Shown here in pieces: positions 48,426 to 62,400 of a DNA stretch of 64,000 nucleotides. The notes beneath the pieces were generated by a model. It saw only the letters and a list, made by a program, of their open reading frames with translations. It was not told the origin of the DNA and searched no databases. A program made the translations under genes and the position numbers. Each line of letters begins with the position of its first letter. Position 1 is the stretch's first letter. Source of the DNA: Spizellomyces punctatus DAOM BR117 (lineage: Eukaryota); the NCBI GenBank assembly GCA_000182565.2, contig KQ257468.1; one strand, written 5' to 3'.

Positions 48426-51400
48426 CTAAAACGCTGACCAATTGGCAGGCTTCCTAACTAAACCCCAGCGTGCTTCATATCCCATCCAGACACACCACTC
48501 AAGTGCTTTGAATGCTTCGTCCCGCTCTTTGGCAACATCTCCCCATCTGACGTCCCCAACTTTACTTCCATCCTTTAGAAACTTGTTTGTCACCTTTGCA
48601 ACCTCTCCATAGAGTCCCCGACGTCTCTGGAACCACGACCATAAAAGAAGGTATTGAGTGCTACTACTAGTTGGCGGATCCGGAAGCCAGCCATAGAGTA
48701 CTTCCAGCAAGCGCGCTAAATTGTCGAGGGAAGCAGTTGGTGACTTGAGGATCGCTTGCTTGTTACACCAACACTTGTAAGTGTATGCCAGCACAATCGC
48801 TTCCTTGCGTTTATCCATCTCTTTGCCCTTCCTAAGGCGCTCTTTTCGTTCCTTGTCCGTTCCATAAATTCTATTCGAATCCCGTCGAACGCCGAACCAC
48901 ATTGCCACCTCTTTCTCATCAGCCACCTCCAATATCTTGTCTGCAAGCTCCTCCACGGAACTTACCGTCCCATCAGAAACATTCCCTCCTTCCTTTTCCT
49001 GTTGTTTCTCTTCCTTCTCGGCCTTTTCGCCAATCATCTCCAATCTGGCGACCAGTAGTGGCAAGTGATTAGGCCAATCTGTCTCCAACTTGGAAATCAA
49101 CTTCTCGCGCTCGCCGTCATCTTTCATCTTTTTAATCCATGAAATTTCCAAGTCTCTGGTAGCCTCTCTCAGCAACGTTGCGTCGTCTTTCTCCTCATCT
49201 TTGCCGGTGTCGTCTTTCTTGTCTTTTTCTCTCGGCGAAGGTGGCACGAGCCATGCGACCTTATACAACGCACCTCCATCCAATTTACGTCCGCCGCCAA
49301 TTACATCCATGTTGCCAACCAACAGATCTCCTTGTTTAGCATCTTTAGGCGCCGGAATTTCACCGCTAAGCCATGCAACAGCCCGTTCTCCTCTTTGCAA
49401 CGTGCGCCTTTTGAAGGAGCCAGTCTTATCCTCCCGGACAGCATAGCCCAATCCCTTGTACGCGTTCAATGAACCAGATTTACCAAGTGCTTGGTCGAGA
49501 ATAAGGGGTGTGGAGGTGAGGCTATCGAGGAACTCGACAGACCCCGAAATCACCTGCACACGGATAGTGTATGTTCCATCAGTCACCTTCAATGTCTTTG
49601 GGTAGATGTCTTGATACGAGAGTTCCTTTTTGTTGGCGTCAAACACTAAAGGTCGTAGCGACAAGCAGTAAGCGACATGGTGCACTTTGGCAAAAGAGTG
49701 AGGACTCGCAGCTTACCGATCAAAACGAAACTCTCAAAAAATGCATCATACAGGACTTCATTCACTTTCGGAACTCGGGGTGTGATGTTCACTCCACCTC
49801 CTGCCTCGGAAATTTTGACAACATAGGTCAAAACTAGTTGATGCAGTTGGCGAGTGTCAGGTAACACATCGCGAGATTTTAACGGAGAAATGATCGCATC
49901 ATTTGGTCGAATGAATCGGCGAAGAGTATCTGAAACATATATTCGATCAAGATGCTTTCATTGATCCGACACCAGGCAGAGGTCTTACCTAGTGTAACGC
50001 TAAGAGAGATTTCCTCCTTCCTAACCCCTGTCCAGAGGTCCACTCTGCTAAAGCCGTTATTCCCGGTATTCAGCATGACTAGATCGCCGCCACTTCCAGT
50101 CGTCGCACCCAATCCTCCCTGATTCCCCGCAGAGACGGAAGCAAAAATGCCATGGAATTTGAGTTCCACGTCAACTCTGCTGGATTCCAGAGATGACCAG
50201 AATTGGGCCAGACACACCTCCAGCGTCGCGTACGAAAGCACGGGAAAGAGCTTAGTATACACTGATTGTTCAGCGTCGCTCGTGGAGGGGTTTGAACCAG
50301 TGCGTGAAAGGCTGAAGCTATACGAGTGTTCAAACTTTGTGGACCGCGTTTGCTAGGAGGATCACTCAGTATGTATATAATAAACTTAGAGTCACTTGCA
50401 GCAGCAAACCTCTTGCAACTGCATCGTGTGAACGATAAATCGCGCGGGTGAAGCCCGATCGGTGCTTCTCACAATAAGCTCTGCAAGTACAATCATAAGC
50501 ATCTTTCACCTGTTCATCACTTGTCTAATATCCATAGTACGCACCCGCAAAATTCGCGCCTAAAGGAACACTGACAAACCGCCTTACAATCGTGCCCGGT
50601 TCAAATTTCAAGCCTTCCCAGCGGAAATATGCGACACGCTCTTCGGCACCAAAGTGCCCAGCAGCTTCCGGCTTACAGACAGTAACGGGGATACTGAATA
50701 TGGGCCCAGCTTTAGGATTTTGAGTGTCGTAACCCTGTACTTCCGCGAAGTGAAAACCGGGCTCCAGGGTGGTCGGATCAACCCGGACATTGAAAGATCG
50801 CCCTGTTTATACACGAAAGAAGTCAAATTCCGTCTTAGCGCCAAAGTACGGAAAGAACAGCATCACACCGCCATTGTTTAAAAGCACATATTCCGGAGCA
50901 CTGCGGATCAAAGGACGGGTTGATAGAGTACCCATCGGAAATGAAAGATATTGGCACGTACCTCAACCATCGTTTTGTACACACAAGACCCGCTCTGACT
51001 TCTAGGTCGAGTTTTTTTACATTTACTTCAGGGTCATTTTCCTTAAAAAAGTGTGGACGAACTTCTACTTGGAATTGCTGCACGTCACTCGTTTCGTCAA
51101 TGTCACGTAAATAGATCCCGCGGGCGTTCCGCTTGTCCTGAACCGAGATCTTATTACGGTGCAAGTTAGTAACACAGGAATCCATCGTACTAGCGCATTT
51201 TTTTCAATTTACATTATATTCCACATCGAAGGGAGTGAATGCTGCACCGGTCTCCAAAAGATGATCCCATGCTCGCTCCACTTGTATGAATTTGATTCCA
51301 AACTCATCGCCAATATCTGAACCGCTTCTTTGGATCGCGGCTTTGACACGATACGGAGTGTAAGGGATCTTGTTGGCTTTTAACGCAGAAAGCAGCAAAG

Positions 51401-53266
51401 CGATGCAACCACAGCAATTTGGACTAGACATGGACGTTCCATTCATCAACTGAGAATGCTGGGTTGTATACTGCGGCACGCTCGTTACAGCTGCACCTGG
51501 AGCGTAGATGTCCACCAAGGCGCCATCGGCTGTGGGTCCTCTTGAACTCCAGGTATAGCTTCCTTCCTTTACTGTATCCAACATCGCATATTCCGCCTGC
51601 ATCATCCCTTGCGTCACGTACGCCCCCACACCAATTACCCCGCTCGTCGTCCCGCCAGGGGCGCCCGTAGTCGTGAGTGCTGGGCCAGCATTCCCAGCTG
51701 ATGAGACCACGATGCAACCTGACTTATTGATAACTTCATCACGCAGAAGCTCAACGAACCGCCCAGTGTCCGGAATAGATGCAGCTTCACCATAAGAGAT
51801 ATTAGCCAAGTCCACTTTCAGGCGCGTCAGTTCAATCGCTGCGCGGATGAGGCCGGTTCCAGTTTCCATTGACCCTAGACGCGTATCCCCGATCTTTAGG
51901 GAAACAATTTGTGCACCGGGTGCTACACCATCCAAATTTCGATCCTCTGGATAATGTGCCGCTGATATCGCAGCCACATGTGTTCCATGTGAACCAGCAA
52001 GTGTCACAATACTTAAAGTTTCGCCTTCATCATAAATGTTAACAGAGAAGTTCAGCATAGAATCATCGCTGAAGCGCACAAACTGCCTCTCGTCGGAATA
52101 TGTCGTCAACAGGGGAGCATTTCTAAGATCTCCAGATTCGTCCATGTCGACCACAGCGCGCCATTTTCTTCCGTCATGAAAAACCACACAGTCGATGATA
52201 AACCCAGGGTCTTCGTAGTTTTTCCATTGCTCCTTGAGCACTTCCAACCGCGTTTTGGTATCCACCTTTCGAATCTCATGCTCTTCCTTGTCTCCCGGCT
52301 CCTGAACGCTCTCCAAATGGTCAAGTTCACGCTCGGTCTTAGTCACGAGCGAATGGTGCTCAATCTCAAACTTCTTTCTGCGATCCTTTTGAAGTCTATC
52401 GACCAATGGTTTTGGAAATAACTCGGACGACCTCTTGAGCCCCAGCCGATACTTGCCAGTCGGATTGTGCCAGTCGCCAATCGTCAGCGTACGCCCTGAG
52501 AGCCCCTGGAGAATACGGCGTGTTTTCCCGTCTTCCTCAATTGAACAAGCTTCGACAACCGTTGTACATTGCACGTCGCCAGATCTAACATTCGTTTAGA
52601 ACAAGCAACAAGGAGCAATTTCATCATTCTACAGGCACGTAGTATAGGATTTACCTACCCAGTACAGTCGATGATGTCAATCACCTTTGGAAGACCTTCT
52701 GTGGTGACCTATAAAACTAAATTTGGATCGTGTTCCTCATACCAAGGGAGGTGGAAGGTCAACGATTTACCCACCTGCAGACCAGGTGCACCGGGATCAA
52801 CGCCTTAAAATTTTCAGATTACCTTTCAACGTCACAACGGAATAATTGCTGTAATAAGGCCTACCAGTATCCAGGATAGCAATGACCGTCCCTCGTCCAT
52901 CAAATTCGGGGTTTTTACGGACAAACGAAGCGGCTTGGGTTTCCTTCACGGCAGAAAAACTAAGCAAAAGAGACCTTCGTCATCTGCGCTCCAATTGCTC
53001 TCTTATACCTCCTTTGGAAGTAGCCCTTGAATAGGAAAATGTTGAATGTTATGCAGTCCCATCTCTCCCTGTCCGTGCGCGTATTCACAAAATAAGGATC
53101 TGCTATGACTTTGAGAGGTTTGGTCAAATCCGGCTTGTACTTGAGATCTTTGACCACTGCAAAGGCCTGCACACCGACTAACTAATGGCAAAGGAGGTCT
53201 GTTAACACGGCGTGTATACAGGAGATGAAGATCTGCCGAAGAGCGCACCCATGTACGCCAAACCAT
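48426..53266 (-). CDS. TPP2: Tripeptidyl peptidase II (subtilisin S8), multi-exon
   Basis: FPIQGLLPKE|ETQA...DGRGTVIAILDTG, GSHGTHVA, SSAGNAGP, QLMNGTSMSSPN, and a TPPII C-terminal region. Confidence 0.95.
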
Positions 53267-53626
53267 GCCAAAACGGCAAAGGAGACACTGACTGGCGGGA
53301 GTGAGTCACGAAATCCACAACTTTCAGATATGATCACGTGATTAATGAGTGGCTTAGTCCCGCGACACTATGCGGAAGCCCACAGCTATTTCTGGAAGTT
53401 GAACGCTTTTCTTGTCCGTTGTCCAATAATGCGCTATGAATGAGATGTAGTGGCGCTATTGATATCTGACCATAGCAGGGTCAGTAGGATAGATATTTTT
53501 AGAAAGTCTTCCATACCAAGGTTAATCTCTTTGCTGCCATATTTTAAGCAATTAGAATGCGCACCCATATATAACCCTCTGCGCGTCGGTGCCCATCCTT
53601 TTTTAAGTACATCATTCAAGCAACGG

Positions 53627-55300
53627 ATGCGCGCATTAACAACTACTCCAGGCAAATCTGTAGGGCGTGCATCGTTGGTTGCCGAAAATCGCACGACGGA
53701 CCCAAGTGTAAGCGTCTTTCGGGATTACCTCCTTGAGAGGATAGCTACCGATCTGAAAGGTAGGGAATGCCTGATATTTATCAGGAGTAAATTCGTATAG
53801 CTGACGTATCAGGGTGTCTTGTACATTAGTTTTGCTGGAAAATGGTTGGATTAGCGATGTAGACACAGCAATTGGTCTCATTAGGAAGCAGGTTTTGTCG
53901 CCGGCAACCGGAAAGGACACATCACGTAAATTCGGGTCTGAGCCAGGTGCTCCTGAAAATATTTCAAATGCAACCGGTAACTCAGTTCGCAACATGCGCG
54001 ATAACGTTGACAGTTCTGCTGCTTCGACCCCACCACTCCCGGCGCGAGCAAACTCTGTAACAGGGTTCACGAAAGGGCCAGAAAAACCGCCAATACGACA
54101 CTGCTCCTCTGTTACCGATGTGCTCAAACACTCTCCTACGCCCTTCCCGTGCACTGATGCCTCCACTGTGGTGTGCATTAAACCTTTCAACAGCGACGTG
54201 GCTGGAGATTTACGCTTGAGGGTGGGAGATGTCGTTGAGAATGTGGAAGACGGTGCGTATCGTAAGGAATTACTTTAGCAATTTTGTCAACCCGCTAAAA
54301 GGACATTCGCCTTTAGTGGACCCAAATTGGTATAAAGGAACTCTCAATGGGCAAAGTGGAATATTCCCGAAAACATTTGTGGAATCAAGGTAAGTTGGCC
54401 GATAGCGAATAGTTATAAATCATTTAATAATACAACACATTTATGAAGGACAAGACCGGTGCCTCCTCTGCCTTCCGCCCCACCTCTTCCCAGCCGGCCT
54501 CCCCAGACAAAACCTGCTTCACCTCCCAGGCCAGCATCTTCCTCAGTGACCTCTCCATTAACCCCGGGAGGATGGTTTTATATACAATGTCGTGAGTAGC
54601 TGGGCTGTCAATGATACAACACTCTACTATTTCATTAAAACTGGTGCGACGCAATGCCAGGTGCAAATTCGAACGTTTTCAGTGTTGAGGCTAATTCCCT
54701 TGCATCTGGCGCGCTGATCAACGTCCAGCCCCAACATGCGGCAGATGCCCATCCCGCAACTATTGGTAATCAGCTCTTCCGTTTCGAGAACGGGTTTCTT
54801 ATAAACAAGCGGTCCAACCTTGTCTTGGACACCAGTGGAAGCGAGTTGAGGCCTCGTGCACAACTAGTGCAAGCTGACAAGAAAGAAGATCGTGAGAGTC
54901 AGCACTGGGTGCTTGGCACCGATGGTTCTATTCGCAACAGTGCACGGCCGCAATTTGTTTTATTAGAAGATCTGGGTTCAGTCATTGTTTGGGAGGATGA
55001 CGGAACGCTAGGTCGTGGAGCAAGCGTTTGGAAAGTTACCACCAATGTTTCAAAGCCGGCTGCTGCACCAGCGATACCCGCTACACCTGCTGCGCCAGCA
55101 GCGGTCCCCGCTCAAGGTGAGTCATGGTCTGTTCAGCAATGAGGGCGTAAAGGTAGATTCCAGAATCTAACTGTCAACTTTCAGCTGAACCGGCAAAGAA
55201 AGAAACGCGATCGGACAGATTCACCGACACTGTTGTTACAGGCGTTGGTGCGGGATTTGGGCTTACGGTGGGCCACCGTATTGCTGATCGCTTGTTCTAA
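53627..55300 (+). CDS. SH3-domain protein (Pin3/Lsb1-like frame) with a ricin-B lectin domain, multi-exon; start uncertain
   Basis: SH3 (CIKPFNSDVAGDLRLRVGDVV...PNWYKG...GIFPKTFV), Pro-rich linker, beta-trefoil (NQLFRFENGFLINKRSNLVLD...SQHW) and tail GVGAGFGLTVGHRIADRLF*. Confidence 0.75.
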
Positions 55301-55703
55301 AAGTAACTGGTGGGCTGGTGAAATTTATTACTCATTTGTATTTCAAACATTTGTATTCCAAACATTGCCGTAAGCAAATACACTGTTTAGCATGGGTCAG
55401 CATATGATTTGCCAGGACTCTGCAGCATTTTTGTGAATACGATATCTGCTTTTTTACCCGCGGACAAGGTGTTTGTTACTGGGAACTTTCCAATCGACAC
55501 GACGCGACGCGACGGAGATTACCTCAGCGTCCAAACACGTCGCGGAATGTATTCGGGGGGCTAGCAGGCAACAAAGGAATGAACGGTACCAACGACAACA
55601 GCTGCCACAGAAAAACCACATAAAAAGCCCTTACAATCCAGTATCCCATTGAATACGGTTTTCGTGCGAAGCCTTCATATACGGACGGACACGACAGTAA
55701 ATC

Positions 55704-58700
55704 ATGTGGAAGGCTCTACTCCTCCTCGCCTATCTGGCCCTCAGTTGCCAAACGGTAGCGGCTGGTTCGTGGGGTACTACCACCTCGAAACCGGCTACGA
55801 CGAGGTTCGTGCGCAGTGGTACCAAGAATTTAGTGGCAATCACTTACCTGGTGGCTGTAAATGCTGTGTTTGCTGCCGTGTCTACTCCATCCTGTGCACC
55901 ATCCTGTACTTGGTCGGGCCATTGTTGGAATGATGTATGCACCACTTGGGATGATTGCGATGGGGATATGATTTGTATAAATGGACGATGCGGTACAAAT
56001 AATTGCCCACCGTCAATCAGCACCGCTGCCCCGGTACCTACTGGTTCTCCCGGGTCATTTGGCTCGAACACCACGACAACTGTGCAACGGGTGCTCATCT
56101 TGACTACCACTACCGCGGACGTTGAAGCCCCAAAGACCACATTGAACTCTTATGGAATTCCCTATACAATCTTGCCCATTCCCCAGGCTGGATACCCCGG
56201 ATTGCTCCCTCTAGAGGATGCCCAGGGCAATGCGCTATTCTCTTTGCTGATTATTCAGCCAGGTCAAGTGCAATACGACTATTCCGGAGTATGGAGGTCC
56301 GCCTTGACAGATGCGCAATGGACGCAAATCAAAAGGTATGGGTAGATGAAGTTTTATCTACTACGGCACATTGAAGATACCCGAACATGGACGTATAACT
56401 AAAAATGTAATCGTTTGACCGCAGTTTTGAGATTAAACACCGAGTGCGCCGGATCACTCTGGATGACTCCCCAGTCCCAGAGCATGGTGTAGTCATAGCC
56501 AATCCCACGGTCTTCGGATGCTGTAACGCCGGAGTACATACCAGCTCTCACTTGTAGCATGTCGACAGCAGAGACTCACTCATGTCACCTTTAGGTGACC
56601 CAAAACTTAAAAATCAAACTGAATCCAGAATTGGTGAAATCCGGTGTCGTGGACGGAGCATCAGTGGCGACCACTGGTGCGTACGACTTGGAACGCCTGG
56701 GATGTTAATGCCATTATGCGCATCCTAACACTACTCATAGGTCTCTTTCACTACCCTGTGACTGTGACAAATACCGCTACAACGACGGCATTTGCACTGC
56801 TCGACCCCAGCTCTGACCAAAGTTTCCCTACACAAACTGCTGTTGGCGTGGTACGTTCTTGTTTTTAAACAAATTCACGTTTACTAGCTCATCGCAAACT
56901 TCAACCGCTCGAAGATCATAAATTACCCCGATGGACGGCAGCAAATGGCTTTCTACATGGCATTTGGTATAGCGAAAGACCAAGAGTACATTTCAAGTAA
57001 TGCCAATGAAAAAGCTAATGGAAAATCTACTTTTAGGATGGTGGTCCACGACATCAATGTGGCTTGGTCACATATATGTATCTTGGGGAAGTCGCCAACT
57101 ATATCAAGGATTTCGGCGTATTTACTTGTCCTTGCAGGTAAACTATCCATTGATGCTCGCATTGGCCAGGCACTTTTTACGACAAATATTCTCGATTAAG
57201 GTGGACGATCTCTTCCTTTCTACCCAAGTTTCTACCACCCTCGACTATCGCTTGACTACAGCTGACGTTAGTGGAGTTATTGCATGGCAAAACAACATTA
57301 ACACCCGGCTCCCTGCTGGTTCAAAGTTGAAGCTTCTTCTCGGGTACAATGGCAATGGTGTGGTGGCACTGGTTGCCCCGAATCTGGACCCAGATCTCCC
57401 AGAGTCAGAACCGAACTATGCATTGATTAAACCACTTGGCACGGGTACCAACCGTTGGCCTGCAAACGCAGCAACTTTCAAAACTTTCACGGATGCAATG
57501 ATGCGAAAAGATGCTCTATACACCAACATGCTCAAGACTACCAGTATCAGAGATGCTTTCTTCTGGTGTAGTCACACTTACACTCACGAGGGCCTTGATG
57601 ATGCAACGTGAGGAGTGCATATACTTGCAGTTACCCCAACACAAACGTATTCACACTCTTCTTACAGTCGTTACGATGTTGATAACGAACTCTCGTTCAA
57701 CATCCAGTTTGCAAAACTCTCTGGCCTTTACACTGCAGCCGTTCACTCCAGCAAGTCAATGATCACTCCCATGGTGGGTGCTGATCCCCTTGTATGAAAA
57801 CGCAAGTTGCGCATATTGGCTGAATGAATAACAATCGTAGATCACCGGTTTGCACAACGGCGACGCCCTAGCATCCCTTGTTGCCAACGGTATTACGTCT
57901 GTGGTCGGAGATACCACTCGCACAGATTGCACAAATCAGACCTACCCGTACCACCCATGGATTAGTACAACGGCTAGCTCAAACTATAACGGCTACACAG
58001 GTAGGGTATCCAGTCGGCGGCTCCTAAGTGTTACAATTGATCTCATTGCTGGTTGGATACAGTCATCCCACGCCAGGCCACTGTGATCTACTTCAACTGC
58101 AGCACTCCGGCGCAAGACATTGTCTTGTACAATAACATGTACCAGGCGGTTCAAGGTGTAAAAGACTGGAACTATCTGCTATATGACTATGAGACGGAGC
58201 GCGTGGTTGCTCTGCTCATGCAGCTCAGGCATGATGGATACATGTTTCACCAGGTCGGTTGGCTGCCAATGCTCCTTCGCTTTCAACATGGTCCCCGTCT
58301 GGCGGTTAGATCCTGACATGTACACACTGCAGGCAAATCTGCGGAACGCAGATCTCCCCGCCGTCACTATGAAATATGGTGGACAAACCGGCAAGTTCGG
58401 CTTGCTGCAACAATGGACTGAAAGCGTCATTGGTCGCTTCATGCAGCTTGTGAGATGGCCGATCATCTCACCCCACATGGATGGTGGGTTCTCTTTTGTT
58501 TCCTTGGCCTGTACACGTCTCAAATCTCATCTCATGTACGTTCAGATCACACAACTGCCTTCTTGGACCGTGTAAAACGCGATGCTTGCAACGCTGCAGT
58601 TACTTTAACCAAGAATGCGACCCACTTACTTGGCTTTTCCGTCCGAGCTGCTGGATCTTGCACGGTGCCAGTGAGCGTCCCGGGACCAGTAGCAAAAGAT

Positions 58701-58820
58701 TCCAGCAATGCAGACTGTAAGTTTGAGCAGCTGGGTATTGATCCGCTCACAGTCTGGGTTCCAGTAGCTGCCAATGCTGCGGCACGGACATTTGCGTTTG
58801 CTCCCGCTGTCAAAATGTAG
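55704..58820 (+). CDS. Secreted Agd3-like polysaccharide deacetylase (CE18-type), multi-exon
   Basis: Signal peptide; Cys-rich module CTWSGHC...C...DC....C....C; QGFRRIYLSLQ|VDDLFLST; FFWCSHTYTH; ITGLHNGDAL...GD; IPRQATVIYFNC; DGYMFHQ|ANLRNAD; EQLGIDPLTVWV. Confidence 0.85.
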
Positions 58821-59420
58821 CTGCCTCAGACCTAGAGCTGACATCTTAAATATAAGACATTGAGTTGCTGAGAGTACATTGCCCTTTTTCAATGGCCGTG
58901 CCAGCGTACCAAAAGCTTATTTAAACTATCAAGTAGATAATCACTTGCTTGTCCATATTCTTTACATGATGCCATCCATACAATGATTCACCCATTAATG
59001 TACCTTACACAATAATTTTAGGACAAACTACAGAACCTAACTATACTGGATGTTTTGACTTGCAGCCGACACATTTCGGCTAGTAGACTACCATCAACAT
59101 CGCTAGCGAACTTACACTGCATTTCATTTCCGTCCTTTCAGCTCCGTCGTGGCGTGAGCAATTGCCCAAGCCATACAATTTAAGATCTGCCCTATCAATA
59201 CTAGTGAAAATATCCGTCCTTCACTACCCTTACCAGTCACTTGTAGTAAGCAGTTTCAATGCTCCTGCTCAGTTCCGCGGTTGCCTTTACACGTGAAGCA
59301 TATCCTATATATAGCACCATTCTGGGATTACCTCAGGATTGCAAGATACACGAGCATCTTATTTTCTGACGACGCTGCTCTAGCACTTCCTTGGGAAGCG
59401 CTTGCATTACCACATTCGCG

Positions 59421-62400
59421 ATGACGGATTCTCCGAATCCAGGTTCGCCGAAAGTCTTGGGCGGGCAACGTGGCGGTCCTGCGGCTGCATCTACGCCCTT
59501 TTATCGCGGATCGGCTGCAAGCTTGCCAAATCTAGCCGTACCATCTCCTTTAGGAAGCCCGGCCCCCCAAAGACGCAATGCCACGCATGCCGACAATTCA
59601 ACCTCGAATCAAGCGAGCGAGGTTGACTTGCAGGCACCGAGAATTTCTGATTCCAATGATGTGTCCACCCTCCACTCGAGGCGAAGAAGTTCGCTACATT
59701 CCATCAAATCCCTGTTCGCAAAGCCCAAGCTCTCCACGGTTCTCGATCGGCTCGGATATGCAACTTCTGAAGGACTTTTCTTCGATTCCTCCAATTTTAA
59801 TGCCACCAAGATCACCAGTTTTGGCATGTATTTAGCTGAGGATGTCAGTGATCTAATCACAAAGCCAGAGGAATGGAAACCTGTTGATCTATTGGTCTTG
59901 AAATTCGAAGCACTTCGTGATCTACATGCCAGTCCACTGGGAATAAAGTTGGCCCAAGAAGAAGACGTGGAGGAGCCTGCATCGAATAGGGAACCTGAGG
60001 AGAACAGAAGCAGCTCCAATTCTGTTGTCACTGACGTACGTAAAAATGCTTTCACGGTCTCCTGGTGTAATTGAAAGAAGGGATCTTATATGGCGTATCC
60101 TAATATTGAGTATGATTTAGTCGACAGGAACAACTCTCGACGGTCGTAGGCGTCGATCATTCTCGTCTGAGAGCATCCGGTCTGTCTCGTCAAAGAAGAG
60201 CACTATTTCACGAGTTTCTAAGCTCTGGCGCTCGCGGTCCGCAACTTCCCTCGCTAATCTCGCTGATGGACCACCTTCAGGTCTACCTGTACCCCTTTTT
60301 GATACCTTTCGCCGTAGTGTTCTTCGAAGAATATCGCATCTTATCCTGTCAATAGACGTATGTGAACTTTATCGGCTATATTCTCAAACTGATCGAGGGA
60401 CGGCCTCGAGTTTCACGCGATTTTTAGTGTCGTACCTCGCCGCAGGTCTAGCTACGATGCCCAGTCCAATTTCTGGGTTTCTCTTCACTGGGTTAAGGGA
60501 ATGGATTTTACTTCGGAAGGGCAACCCAAATAAGGTGGAGAAGCTTTTGAATGCTATTCGGGGAACAAAGGATGTGGGGTGGTCGGTACCGCTGATTTTC
60601 GTCGATGAGTATGGGATGAATGTATGGGATGACCTACGGGACATAATCAACGGAGTGATGCTTACAAACATCTTTTTCGACACCGACGGGACCCGAAGAA
60701 TTATGTTTGGGTGAGAGCTTTTGCAGAATGATTGCTCATCTGTCTCACATTACTTAGCATTGGTTCTGAAAACTAGAGCAGCGAGGTCATGGCTGACAAG
60801 TTTAACGACCAAGCTCTCCCTTGAAATATCTCTGCGAAGCGATTTCTTGGTACTAAATACTGAAATGGTTGCCTGCCCTCCACAGCAGTTGCCTGCAGCC
60901 CTAGTGCGTGCACATATACACTGGGCCGGAGGACTAAATTTTGTTGCATGGTACTCTGGAAGCTCACGATTTGACGCCCTGGCAGACGTTCAACCACCTG
61001 CATATCGCGACTTGGGGGAGGATGGTATTTTTGAGATGACAAGTCATGCAGACATACTCCGTTGTCGCGACATAGTGGAGGTCAACGTATCGTCTCTTCG
61101 AAATAAGGGTCCTTATCGAATTACAGCGGATCTTTGGAACCGTATTTTTAACGATCTATCTGATATCCCGAACGACCTTATTGATGCTTTGGGCGACTGG
61201 ATGGAGGGGTGTGAGCAGTGGTCGGAATTCGATGGCGCAATCTACTATAAACCTTTGCTGCCTGAACTGCCATGTTATCTAGAGATTGACCATTGCCCCT
61301 CCCGTGAAGACAATTCTGGAAGTTTGAGTGATGCCATCCCTGATGCAGCACCTTCTGTGACATACTTTGGAGTGGATTGGTATGGTTACAGCAGGCGAAC
61401 AGCTGTTGCTAATGCCATCCAGAGCGTTATGTTCGAGCTCCTGGATAAACAGCTTCTGGCCTCGGCCCGATACAATATTGATCTCAGCGATCAAAAAAAC
61501 CCTTCAAAAGAGCCCCTTGCACAATTTGACACTCTTATAAATGTCCTCGCTGGCATTATAAATAAACCGACAAATGCAACAAGGTGGGTCCTGTCACTGC
61601 CACGAGAAAGCTGCTCCGAGGCCATCATCGCTGCAGTTGCCGACCTCAAGAGTGACTTGCTGGACGAGCGAGCGCAGATCTGGCTACCGACCAAAGCGGC
61701 ACTTTTGGCAGGTGTCAAGGATCGGTCCCCGAATGTTCCTGTTTGGGCTGTGGCGGGAGTGCGAAATGGTACATTCCATATGTTTATCTCGGACAACCAT
61801 CCGCAAATCGGCGAAGCGGTCTTGCATTTGTATTTAAAATATAGATACGGATGGTCGACAGGTCAATGTCTATTGGCAGAAACGCTGATCAGGTACGAAA
61901 GCTTTCATTGTGCACACTGTTGAGACGGGATGAATGATCCTCATCACCACGCCTATACCTAGCGCCCAGCGGCGGGATTTGTCAGATCTTAGCTTGCCTT
62001 GCCCCGCCCGACTCATCTATCAGATTGATCATGCCTGCCCTTCTCAACTTCTCACCATTGTACGCGACGGCCCGAAAGCGCTAAAAGCGTTGGCAGTAGA
62101 CACTCGGCTAAGCAGCGGAGAAATCTCCTTCTTATCTGCACTGTGTCGGTACTTTAGTGTTCGATCCGAGTATTGGTTAATCGATCACAAACGTAAGTGC
62201 CAACCGTCTCTTGCTCATTTGGAAGGAGTAATAGGGAGTAACCGACATTCTTGCATGTAGGATACCTTGACAATGTGAGATGCAACCTTGCTGACGGCTA
62301 CGTACCTCGCAACGCGTTGGAAATGAGAATGGGACGCTATGTATCCCAGTGCACTCTTGACAACAATGGTGGTAAACGTCTTCTTGCGGTTGCAAGAGGT

